Source: Saprospiraceae bacterium
GTDB taxonomy: Bacteria > Bacteroidota > Bacteroidia > Chitinophagales > Saprospiraceae
Assembly (NCBI GenBank): GCA_021739645.1
Contig: JAIPBL010000005.1
Coordinates: 71,378-135,377, forward strand
Length of the DNA stretch: 64,000 bases
Direction: 5' to 3'
Under the pieces are notes generated by a model that did no database searches, was not told the DNA's origin, and was given only the letters and a program-made list of their open reading frames with translations. This document shows, one piece after another, positions 7,960 through 16,400 of the stretch; positions within the stretch are counted from its first letter, which is position 1, and each line of letters starts with the position of its first letter. The position numbers and the translations under genes are program-made.

Positions 7960-10900
7960 ATGCAAACATGCCGAACTCCAATTGCTATCCTTTTATTCGC
8001 GATGCTCCTTGCGGCATATCCCGCCGCTTCGCAGGAAATCCCCCAACTCCTTTTCGACAACTACTCCACCGCCGACGGGCTTTCCAGCAATGAAGTCCAC
8101 GCCACCTTGCGGGACAAAAAAGGCTTCCTCTGGCTCGCCACCGGCAACGGGCTGAACCGCTTCGACGGCTATTATTTCAAGGTCTTCCTCAATGTGCCAG
8201 GCGATAGCACTTCCATTGGCGACAATGTGGTCTTTGCTTTGGCAGAAGACTCGAAAGGCTTACTGTGGGTGGGCACGGGTAATGGCCTCTACCGTTACGA
8301 CCCGCTGACGGAACGGTTCGAGGGGTCATTTTTGCCAAAAACCGTTGACTCGTCGGCCTTTGACGTGAAGCGGATGTTCATAGATTCTGAGGACTGTCTT
8401 TGGATGGGGTCTTCCTTTCCGGTTGGGTTGTTGAAGTTTGACACCGGGCACAGGCAGTTTGAAAGATTTGTGAACCCGATAGCCGAAAAAAAAGGGGAGG
8501 GCAACCTCGTCAACGTATTTTACGAAGACAAAAAAGGCCTGCTTTGGGTCGGCACTCATTGCGGGCTTTTTACTTTCGACCCTGCCTCGAACAGGTTTGA
8601 AAGCATCCTGCAATTGTCGTTTGGAAACGACAAAAACCGCAATTTTATCATCACGTCCATCCTTCCCGACAGATACCGGGTGCATCTCCTTTGGCTGACC
8701 ACCTGGGGCGATGGGCTTTGGAAATATGATAAATCCACGGGCAAAAGCGAACGGTTTTTACTTGAGCCGCAATTCCGTCACGATGGTGTCCACAATGTAT
8801 TCCATGATTTGTTGCAGACCGATTCAACCCATTTATATTTGGGCGGGACGGGGCTGACCTTGTTTGACATTAAGAATCAAAAATTCTCTCTTCCACAATC
8901 TTCCCACGAAGCGACCCTGTTAAAGACAGGTGAAGTATCTGATTTTCAACAAGATGCGGAAGGCAATATTTGGATAGCGGGGCCAGTCGGGTTTGCACGG
9001 CTTTCTTTGCTGCGGCAACAATTCGGCGCCAAAAAAATCCCTTTTCCGTTGGCGGTTTATGCTACCCTCATAGACACGCCCAGTCAAAAGAACTATTTCG
9101 GAACGGCTTATTACAACCGTTCTTTGGTCATTTACGATGCACTTACCGGCCAATGGGAAACCCGCCGAATGCCCTTGTTGGATGAAAAACATGCAGGCGT
9201 TTTAAAGATTTTGAAAGACAAGTGGGGGTTTCTTTGGTTCATCACAGCCAAAGGTTTGTTCCGCTACGACCTGCAAAAAAACAGACTGGAACCCAAAGCG
9301 GTCATTTTTAAAAACGGGGAAAGTTCGACTGCCCATATTTGCCCGCAGGCAGAGCAGGACACGGAGGGCAATCTGTTTTTCCGCTTCGGCAATACGGCCA
9401 TCGTTGAGTACCTGCAAGCCGCCGATTCACTCGTGTTGACCGATTTTGAAGCCGATGCCTTGGGGAAAGTAAAAGATGGCAGCCTTTTGTTGGCCTCCAA
9501 AAAGGGGGTGACAAGGCTGGTGGCGAATGGTAGCGAAGTACGCTTTTTCCCTTTCCCCATCCCCGGCATGGCGGATGTGTCCCCATGCGCAATTGCGGCT
9601 GACTTTATTGGTCAATACTGGATTGGCACACAAAACAATGGCATCTTCATTTTTAGGCCCGGTGAGACTGGACAACCTGCTTTCCGCAAACTCAGTTTGG
9701 AGGACGGACTGCCCTCCAATTGTGTGCATCAACTTGCCTGCGACCCCGATGGTAACATTTGGGCGGGCACCCGCCAGGGCCTGGTGAAAATTGACCCGTC
9801 CAATTTAGGCTTGACCGTTTTCACGCAGGCAGACGGCCTGCTCACCGATAACTTTTTTATCGAACCCACTTTCCTCCCATCTGGCGAGGCGTTTGTTACA
9901 TTGGGCGGTTCGCCGCTGTACCACCATTTCGATTTCCGAAAAGTCGGCCAGCCGGATTTGGACAGCCTGCCCTTTTATTTTCACAACTTCCGCATTTCGG
10001 GCAAACCCGTCGTTTTTGAAAAAGACATCAACTACCTGCCCGGCATTGCTTTGGCTTATCCCGCCAATGCCTTCTCCGTGGAGTTTGCCGCCCTGACGAT
10101 GGAGGGGCAAAAAAGCATCCGCTATGCCTACCGCCTCGCAGGACTGGAGGGGCATTGGACGGATGCCGATGCCCACCGCTTCGCTGCTTATACCAACCTG
10201 TCGCCCGGCGACTACCGCCTCGAAGTGCGCATGAGCAACCGCCGGGGTTCCTGGTCGGAAAACATCCACTCGCTCCAGGTCACCGTGCTGCCGGCGTGGT
10301 GGCAGCGGGCGTGGGTGCAGGTGCTGGCGGGGTTGCTGCTGTTGGGGTTGGTCTCTTTTGCCGTTGCCCGTTTTGTCAACCAGCGACTGCACCAACGCAT
10401 CACTGCGCTCGAACGCCAACGGGAATTGGAGGCCATCCGCCGCCGTATCGCACAGGACATCCACGACGAAGCAGGCGCCGGGCTGACCAAAATCGGGCTG
10501 ACGGCACAGGTGGCGGTGCATCTGCCACCTTCCGACGGCATCGAAACAAAGAAAAGGTTCGAGGCCATTCTTGCCGAAACCCGTCTGGTGAGCGCCCGCC
10601 TCGCCGAAGTGCTGTTTGCCGTCAATCCCCGCTACGACCATTTCGAGGCGGTGCAGGCCTGGCTTCGGGAGTGGGGCCGCCGCTTTCTCGAAGATGCCGG
10701 GATGGAGGCAGGGTTTGATTTGCCGAAGAGCAAATACGACCCGGTCGTGCCGCCGGAAGTCAAGCGGAACTTGCTGCTGATTTGCAAGGAAGCGCTGAAC
10801 AATGCCGTGAAATATTCTGGCTCGGACAGGGTGCTTATTTCTTTTTCTTTGGATGAAGACGGGCGGGGCTACTTGCTTCGGGTGCAGGATTTTGGGCGGG

Positions 10901-11040
10901 GGTTTTCGCAGGAGGAGGTGGGGGTGCTTTGCAATGGGCTGGCCGGGATGAAGGGGCGGGCAGCGGAAATCGGGGCGGAGTTTTCGGTGGAGTCTTGGGC
11001 CGGAAAAGGGACAACGGTGAAGGTTCGGGGAAGGCTTTGA
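7960..11040 (+). CDS. sensor histidine kinase with two-component-regulator propeller / Y_Y_Y periplasmic domain and HisKA_3 + HATPase_c
   Basis: Signal/TM MQTCRTPIAILLFAMLLAAYPAASQ. Many repeats of the type GL.SN.V......D..G.LW.GT..GL.R.D. A TM helix lies near WVQVLAGLLLLGLVSFAV. H-box IAQDIHDEAGAGLTKI, N-box EALNNAVKYSG, G-boxes GRGF and GLAGMKGRAAEIGA. The ATG at 7960 is preferred to the track start at 7843. Confidence 0.9.
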   Translation: MQTCRTPIAILLFAMLLAAYPAASQEIPQLLFDNYSTADGLSSNEVHATLRDKKGFLWLATGNGLNRFDGYYFKVFLNVPGDSTSIGDNVVFALAEDSKGLLWVGTGNGLYRYDPLTERFEGSFLPKTVDSSAFDVKRMFIDSEDCLWMGSSFPVGLLKFDTGHRQFERFVNPIAEKKGEGNLVNVFYEDKKGLLWVGTHCGLFTFDPASNRFESILQLSFGNDKNRNFIITSILPDRYRVHLLWLTTWGDGLWKYDKSTGKSERFLLEPQFRHDGVHNVFHDLLQTDSTHLYLGGTGLTLFDIKNQKFSLPQSSHEATLLKTGEVSDFQQDAEGNIWIAGPVGFARLSLLRQQFGAKKIPFPLAVYATLIDTPSQKNYFGTAYYNRSLVIYDALTGQWETRRMPLLDEKHAGVLKILKDKWGFLWFITAKGLFRYDLQKNRLEPKAVIFKNGESSTAHICPQAEQDTEGNLFFRFGNTAIVEYLQAADSLVLTDFEADALGKVKDGSLLLASKKGVTRLVANGSEVRFFPFPIPGMADVSPCAIAADFIGQYWIGTQNNGIFIFRPGETGQPAFRKLSLEDGLPSNCVHQLACDPDGNIWAGTRQGLVKIDPSNLGLTVFTQADGLLTDNFFIEPTFLPSGEAFVTLGGSPLYHHFDFRKVGQPDLDSLPFYFHNFRISGKPVVFEKDINYLPGIALAYPANAFSVEFAALTMEGQKSIRYAYRLAGLEGHWTDADAHRFAAYTNLSPGDYRLEVRMSNRRGSWSENIHSLQVTVLPAWWQRAWVQVLAGLLLLGLVSFAVARFVNQRLHQRITALERQRELEAIRRRIAQDIHDEAGAGLTKIGLTAQVAVHLPPSDGIETKKRFEAILAETRLVSARLAEVLFAVNPRYDHFEAVQAWLREWGRRFLEDAGMEAGFDLPKSKYDPVVPPEVKRNLLLICKEALNNAVKYSGSDRVLISFSLDEDGRGYLLRVQDFGRGFSQEEVGVLCNGLAGMKGRAAEIGAEFSVESWAGKGTTVKVRGRL

Positions 11041-11059
11041 GTTTTTCCCACAAGGGTTA

Positions 11060-11131
11060 TTTTTCCCGCAAAGGTTCGGTAAGGGGCTAAGGTTCGCTAA
11101 GTATGGCTTTGCGTTACTTTGCCCCTTGGCG
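11060..11131. repeat. left inverted repeat bounding the GxxExxY cassette
   Basis: TTTTTCCCGCAAAGGTTCGGTAAGGGGCTAAGGTTCGCTAAGTATGGCTTTGCGTTACTTTGCCCCTTGGCG matches the reverse complement of 11673-11744 with about 9 mismatches in 72. The core 11089-11131 versus 11673-11715 is 40/43. It also folds on itself (11066-11087 pairs with 11120-11141). Confidence 0.85.
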
Positions 11132-11244
11132 AACCTTTGCGGGGAAACACTCCCTTGCGGGAATAAATTTGTGAGAAAAAATTTGTGAGAAAAAATATTT
11201 TTGTGCGGGAATAAAATTTTTGCTCACCTTAAATTTTGGATACT

Positions 11245-11637
11245 ATGGGAAAAACGAACGATGAACTAAACGTGATGTTCAAACGCATCCTTGATATTTG
11301 TTTCAAAATCCATACAATGTATGGCCCGGGCTTATTGGAAAGCTTTTACGAAGCCGTCCTTTCTTACGAATTGACCAAAGCTGGGATTTCCAATCAACGA
11401 CAAGTAGATGTTTACGTCAAGCATGATGAAGTGAACATGGGCTTGGGCTACCGCATGGATATTTTTGTGGAAAACGAAATCCTGATAGAGCTCAAATCAA
11501 AAGAAAAGTTGACCGAGGTTGACCACAAACAGACGCTTACCTACATGAAACTGAAAGGCATACGGCTTGGCCTCTTAATAAATTTTGGCGTCCTCCATTT
11601 AAAAGACGGCATTCACCGCAAAGTAAATGGTTTCTAA
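11245..11637 (+). CDS. GxxExxY protein (PD-(D/E)XK-like small protein)
   Basis: Signature GLLESFY (G-x-x-E-x-x-Y) at the expected position, then RMDIFVENEILIELKS (D...E.K nuclease-like core). About 130 aa. The ATG at 11245 is preferred to the TTG at 11236. GC looks lower than in the neighbours. Confidence 0.85.
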   Translation: MGKTNDELNVMFKRILDICFKIHTMYGPGLLESFYEAVLSYELTKAGISNQRQVDVYVKHDEVNMGLGYRMDIFVENEILIELKSKEKLTEVDHKQTLTYMKLKGIRLGLLINFGVLHLKDGIHRKVNGF

Positions 11638-11672
11638 ATTTTTCCCGCTGAAGGGGTTTTTCAGCAAAGGAT

Positions 11673-11744
11673 CGCTAAGGGGCTAAGTAACGCAAAGTCA
11701 TACTTAGCGAACCTTCGCTCCTTCGCGAACCTTAGCGGGAAAAA
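11673..11744. repeat. right inverted repeat bounding the GxxExxY cassette
   Basis: Reverse complement of 11060-11131 (see that feature). Confidence 0.85.
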
Positions 11745-11828
11745 AAACTTGTGCGGGAAAACCCAAATCACACTTTTGTGCGATGCCGCTTTCCCCAAAC
11801 ATCCTGTACCTTGCCGTAAATCAACAGT

Positions 11829-12485
11829 ATGGAAGCAAAACCGGGCAAGCCATTGCCTTCCGTCATCCGGGTCGCCATCGTCGAGGACGACGACGAGACC
11901 CGCAAGCTGACCGCCAGCCTGCTCAACCTTTACCCCGGCATCGAGTGCGTCGGCGCATTCGACCGGGCGGAAGCTTTTGCCGAAGTCATTGCCCAACTGC
12001 GCCCCCATGCCGTGCTGATGGACATCGGCCTGCCCGGCAAATCGGGCATCCAGGCCGTAAAAGAATTGAAAGACAAGCACAGGGACACCGAGTTCATCAT
12101 GTTCACCATCAACGAAGATGCCGAGCAAATCGTGGAGGCGCTCGCCTGGGGCGCTACGGGCTACCTGCTGAAAAACACCCGCCCCGAAAAAATCGTGGAA
12201 GCCATCCAGGACGTGGTGGGCGGCGGCGGCAACCTCACCACGTCCGTCACAAGGTTGCTAATGGAAGTGCTGCAAGCCAACCGGGGCAACCGCCTCCTCT
12301 TGGAAAAACTCACCGCCCGGGAACGGGAAACCCTGCTGCTACTCAAAGACGGCCATTCCCGGAAGGAAATCGCCCAAAAACTCTTTCTCTCCGAAGACAC
12401 TGTGCGCTCGCACATCCGCAATATTTATGAAAAATTCGAAGTGCACAACCGGGCACAGGCGCTAAAGCTGGTGTTCGGGATTTGA
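11829..12485 (+). CDS. response regulator, REC + LuxR/NarL-type HTH
   Basis: VAIVEDDDE...VLMDIGLPGKSG (acidic pocket and phospho-acceptor Asp). C-terminal LTARERETLLLLKDGHSRKEIAQKLFLSEDTVRSHIRNIY. It is the expected partner for a HisKA_3 kinase. Confidence 0.92.
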   Translation: MEAKPGKPLPSVIRVAIVEDDDETRKLTASLLNLYPGIECVGAFDRAEAFAEVIAQLRPHAVLMDIGLPGKSGIQAVKELKDKHRDTEFIMFTINEDAEQIVEALAWGATGYLLKNTRPEKIVEAIQDVVGGGGNLTTSVTRLLMEVLQANRGNRLLLEKLTARERETLLLLKDGHSRKEIAQKLFLSEDTVRSHIRNIYEKFEVHNRAQALKLVFGI

Positions 12486-12564
12486 AAAATAGCACTTTGG
12501 TGCGATTGCTGGAGCCAATCTTACGGGAGAGCTTTGTGGAAACAACTCATCAAAATTTCTACAC

Positions 12565-13053
12565 ATGAAAAACATTATTTTCGCCTCACTTCTCCTTTCC
12601 CTTGCTGCCTGCCAGTCCCCTCCATCTCCTGAAGGAGGTGATGCTGGCGTCGCCAACGAAGCCTTGCTCCAAAGCAACACCACCAAGTTGCTCGACAAAG
12701 GAAATCTGGTTTCTATCCATACCATTACCGTAGAACTAAAGCCCAATGTAACTATGGACCAAGTGCTTGATTTTTACAATACGAAATGGGCGCCCGCCGA
12801 AGAGCAATATTTTGGCTGGAAATCTTTTTTTGGTAAATGCCTTCATGGGACTGAATGTGCTGAAAACAAGCTCCTATGGATAACGATTTTTAATACAGCA
12901 GCCGACCGGGATAAATATTTCAACATGGCAACAGGCGGTAATGACCTGAATGAATTGGGTGAAAAAGCTTGGACACAATTTGCCCCGACTAATGATGCAT
13001 TACTGCAGTTAGCCACTATTCAAGATGATTGGGCAGACTGGGTGATAAAGTAA
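12565..13053 (+). CDS. hypothetical lipoprotein
   Basis: Lipoprotein signal MKNIIFASLLLSLAAC. No family recognised. Confidence 0.6.
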   Translation: MKNIIFASLLLSLAACQSPPSPEGGDAGVANEALLQSNTTKLLDKGNLVSIHTITVELKPNVTMDQVLDFYNTKWAPAEEQYFGWKSFFGKCLHGTECAENKLLWITIFNTAADRDKYFNMATGGNDLNELGEKAWTQFAPTNDALLQLATIQDDWADWVIK

Positions 13054-13123
13054 ATATTCTTTTATTACCTACAGGGCGGAGTGTTCGTTCGCTGTAGAGG
13101 CATGCTGGCCAGAAACGCACTAA

Positions 13124-13291
13124 AAAACCATCATCCTCGACTATTTCAACGGCATCCCACCGAATTACAAAGAAGTGGAAATGCCCTTCGTGATTTCTTA
13201 TGAAATCGAGCATGAGAAAATCGTTTCTCATTGGCTCATCGTTGACCAAATTTCGCGCTTGGAGCAATTGGGCGTGATGCAGGCAGCCTGA
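13124..13291 (+). pseudogene. C-terminal relic of a SnoaL-like ester cyclase
   Basis: 55 codons between stops, with no start codon or N-terminal half: KTIILDYFNGIPPNYKEVEMPFVISYEIEHEKIVSHWLIVDQISRLEQLGVMQAA*. The pattern GIPP.GK.V......I......KIVEHW...D......QLG is the conserved C-terminus of ester cyclases. Confidence 0.45.
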
Positions 13292-13481
13292 CTTTTCTTC
13301 CTTAAATATTTGAAAACCAAGTGACCAGAAGGGCAACACTGTTGGCACGGCAAGTGCTGGCAGTGCTGCCCACTGGCTTGCCATTTATTTCATCAAACAG
13401 CCATTGGCCTGATGGAAATTGATACTGTATTGCTATTGTGCAAGCAATATTTAATGATTTAACTTCTTAAAATATGCACTC

Positions 13482-16400
13482 ATGAAACCGTTATACCTCC
13501 TACTTGTCTTTTTCTTTTTTCGCTGTTTTTCTTTGAATGCTCAATGCCCGCCGGGCGATATTACCTTTTACTCACAGCAGGAAATCAATGATTTTCAAAC
13601 TATGTATCCCGGCTGCACGGTCATCAATGGCAATGTGACCATCAGCGGGGCGGACATCACTGATGTTGCTGGGATAGGGATGCTTACCGCTATATCGGGT
13701 GACTATGTTTTTGAAAACAACACCATCCTCACGAACCCTGCCGGGTTTTCCACGCCCTTTACCATTGGTGGCAATCTCCGCTTCGAAAACAACGGTGCTT
13801 TGACACAAACCACCAACTTTTATACCTACCTGACCTCCATTGGTGGCGAATTGCAGGTTATCGGGAATGGTGCCTTGTTTATCCTAAACGGTTTTGGCAC
13901 CACCACTTCCATCGGGGGCATCCATATTGAGAACAACCCAATGTTGGCTGACTTTGGGCCTTTCGGCGACCTTGATTTCAGTGGAAATGTCAGCATCATC
14001 AACAATGATGCAATGACAGCACTGAATGGCTTGAGTTCAACTACCGCTGTTGGAGGGAACTTGGCCATCTCTGATAATAATTTGTTGACCTCCCTGTTTG
14101 GGTTAAATTCAGTATTATCCGTTGGCGGCGACATCTCCATTTCAGGTAATGCCGCCTTGCCCAATTTCATTGGCTTGAATATGCTCGCCACCGTTGGCGG
14201 CGGCCTCACAATCCAAGCGAATGATGCACTCCTATCATTTAGCGGGATGAGCGCATTGAACTCCATCGGGGGTGTTTTTGATATTGAATACAACAATGGG
14301 CTTAACAATTTTTTCGGACTTAATTCCTTGACCGCCCATAGCGGGGAGCTTCGCATTGCCAACAATGCTGCAATTCCAAGCATGTTGGGGTTGGGGAATA
14401 TCACTTCCATCGGTACGCTGCACATTGAAAACAATGACGACTTGATAGACCTGAATGGGCTGGATGTCTTGGCCACCATTGGAGAACTCCACGTCGAGGG
14501 AAACCAGGACTTGAACAGCCTAGGCGGCGCCAATTTATTGACAACTGTGACCTCATTTCGCATTTACTCCAATCCTGGTCTGACCAGCTTATCCGGCCTG
14601 AACAGTATCACCAGCATAGGAAGCCTTTATGTTTTCGATAACACTGGGCTGACCGGCCTTTTTGGTTTGACCGGCCTTACTTCATTGACCAACTTGAGTT
14701 TGGACAACAATCCGGCGCTCATTAATTTGTCTGGGATGCCCCTTCTCACTTCTATTGTGGGTACTGTTGGTATCTCCAACAATGGCGCACTGCCCAACTT
14801 GGCTGGCTTGTCCGCTATCACCAGCATCGGAGGAAACCTCGTGCTTTCAAACAACGATGCCCTGAACATTCCGCTTGGTCTAAATAATCTTGCCTCCATC
14901 ACTGGTAACCTCCGCATCTTGGACAACGCAGCACTCACCGATTTGACAGGCTTTAACATGCTTGCATCCATCGGTGGTGAGCTGGAAGTGGACGACAATG
15001 CAGCCATGGCCAGCCTGACCGGGTTGGGCAGTGTCACTTCCATCGGCAGCTTCCGGATAGAGAACAATCTGAACATCAACTTATCGGGTGGGCTGGGCGC
15101 ACTAACCACCATCGGCAATGGTGTTTTTATCTACAACAATAACAGCCTGAACAGCCTTGCGGGGCTAATCAACGTCAACTCCATTGGCGGTGGATGGATT
15201 CAAATCACCAGCAACAATGCCTTGAGCAGCTTGGACGGTTTGGACAATATCGCCTACAACTCCATTGGTTTTCTCAATTTGCAATTGTGCCCCCAACTCT
15301 CCACCTGCAATGTCCCCAGTGTCTGTGCTTACCTTGCCAATGGGGGCATGACTGGCATAGCCGATAATGCAACGGGTTGCGACAACGAGATAGAAGTGGT
15401 GGGAACCTGCACCTGCCCACCAGGCGATGTCGTGCTTACTTCTCAAGCACAAATAGATGCCTTTGCTGCGACCTATCCGGGCTGTACCACGCTCGCTGGC
15501 AGCCTTACGATTAGCGGCACAGGTATTAATAGTCTTAGCGGGTTGAGTGGGCTTACGGCAATTGATGGCTTCCTTTCTGTTCAAGACTGTGACCAGTTGG
15601 CGAGCTTGAGTGGACTTGACAATATTGCCTATACTTCCATTTCCCATCTTTACCTTCAGGGTTCAGCCATGCTTTCCACTTGTGAAATATCGAATATCTG
15701 CACCTATGTCTTCCTCAACCTGCCCGCTACGGTCTCCGCCAATGCGATGGGGTGCAGTTCTGTTGGTGAAATCCAGCTGGCCTGTCCGGTTGTCTGCCCC
15801 GTTGGAGATGTGGAACTGCATTCCCAATCGGATGTGGATGTGTTTCCAGTAAACTATCCTGGGTGTACGACCATTACCGGGAGTTTGCAAATCCACGGAA
15901 TATCCACTGGGTCGGATATCGAAAACCTCGATGGCCTCAACCAACTTACAGCTATTACCGGCCACCTTATTATTGATAATACTACAGTTCTGGATGACAT
16001 AAGCGGGTTAGAACATATCAGCTCCATTGGAGGGGGGGTTGTTATAGGTAGCAATACCGCATTGACCAACCTTTCTGGGCTGGGCGGGCTTACAACTTTG
16101 GGAGGCGCTCTAAGTATTCAAAACAATTCTACCAATTTTACCAGCCTAAGCGGTTTGAACCCGCTGCTCACTTCCGTTGGGGGAGGCATAACGATTGATG
16201 GCAACCATGGCCTGGCCAATCTTACGGGCCTGGGGAATATCAGTTCCATTGGCGGAGCGTTGAACTTAAGCGGCGCTGGCTTTACCAGCCTGAACGGTTT
16301 AAGCCCGTTCCTTACTTCTGTTGCAGGTATAAGTTTATACAACAGTTTGGGTTTGACCAGCCTGAACGGGTTGTCGAATATTTCATCCGTCGGCGAATTA

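Noticed and set aside
9805-10718. Long ORFs antisense or out of frame within the histidine kinase gene (9805-10641(-), 10155-10718(+), 10212-10625(-))
   Set aside because: They have Arg/Pro/Ala-rich compositions and no motifs. The sense frame has clear H-, N- and G-boxes.
13016-13384. Track ORF 13016-13384(-), 122 aa
   Set aside because: It overlaps the 3' end of the lipoprotein gene and is antisense to the ester-cyclase relic, whose translation has a recognisable family pattern. The minus-frame product has none.
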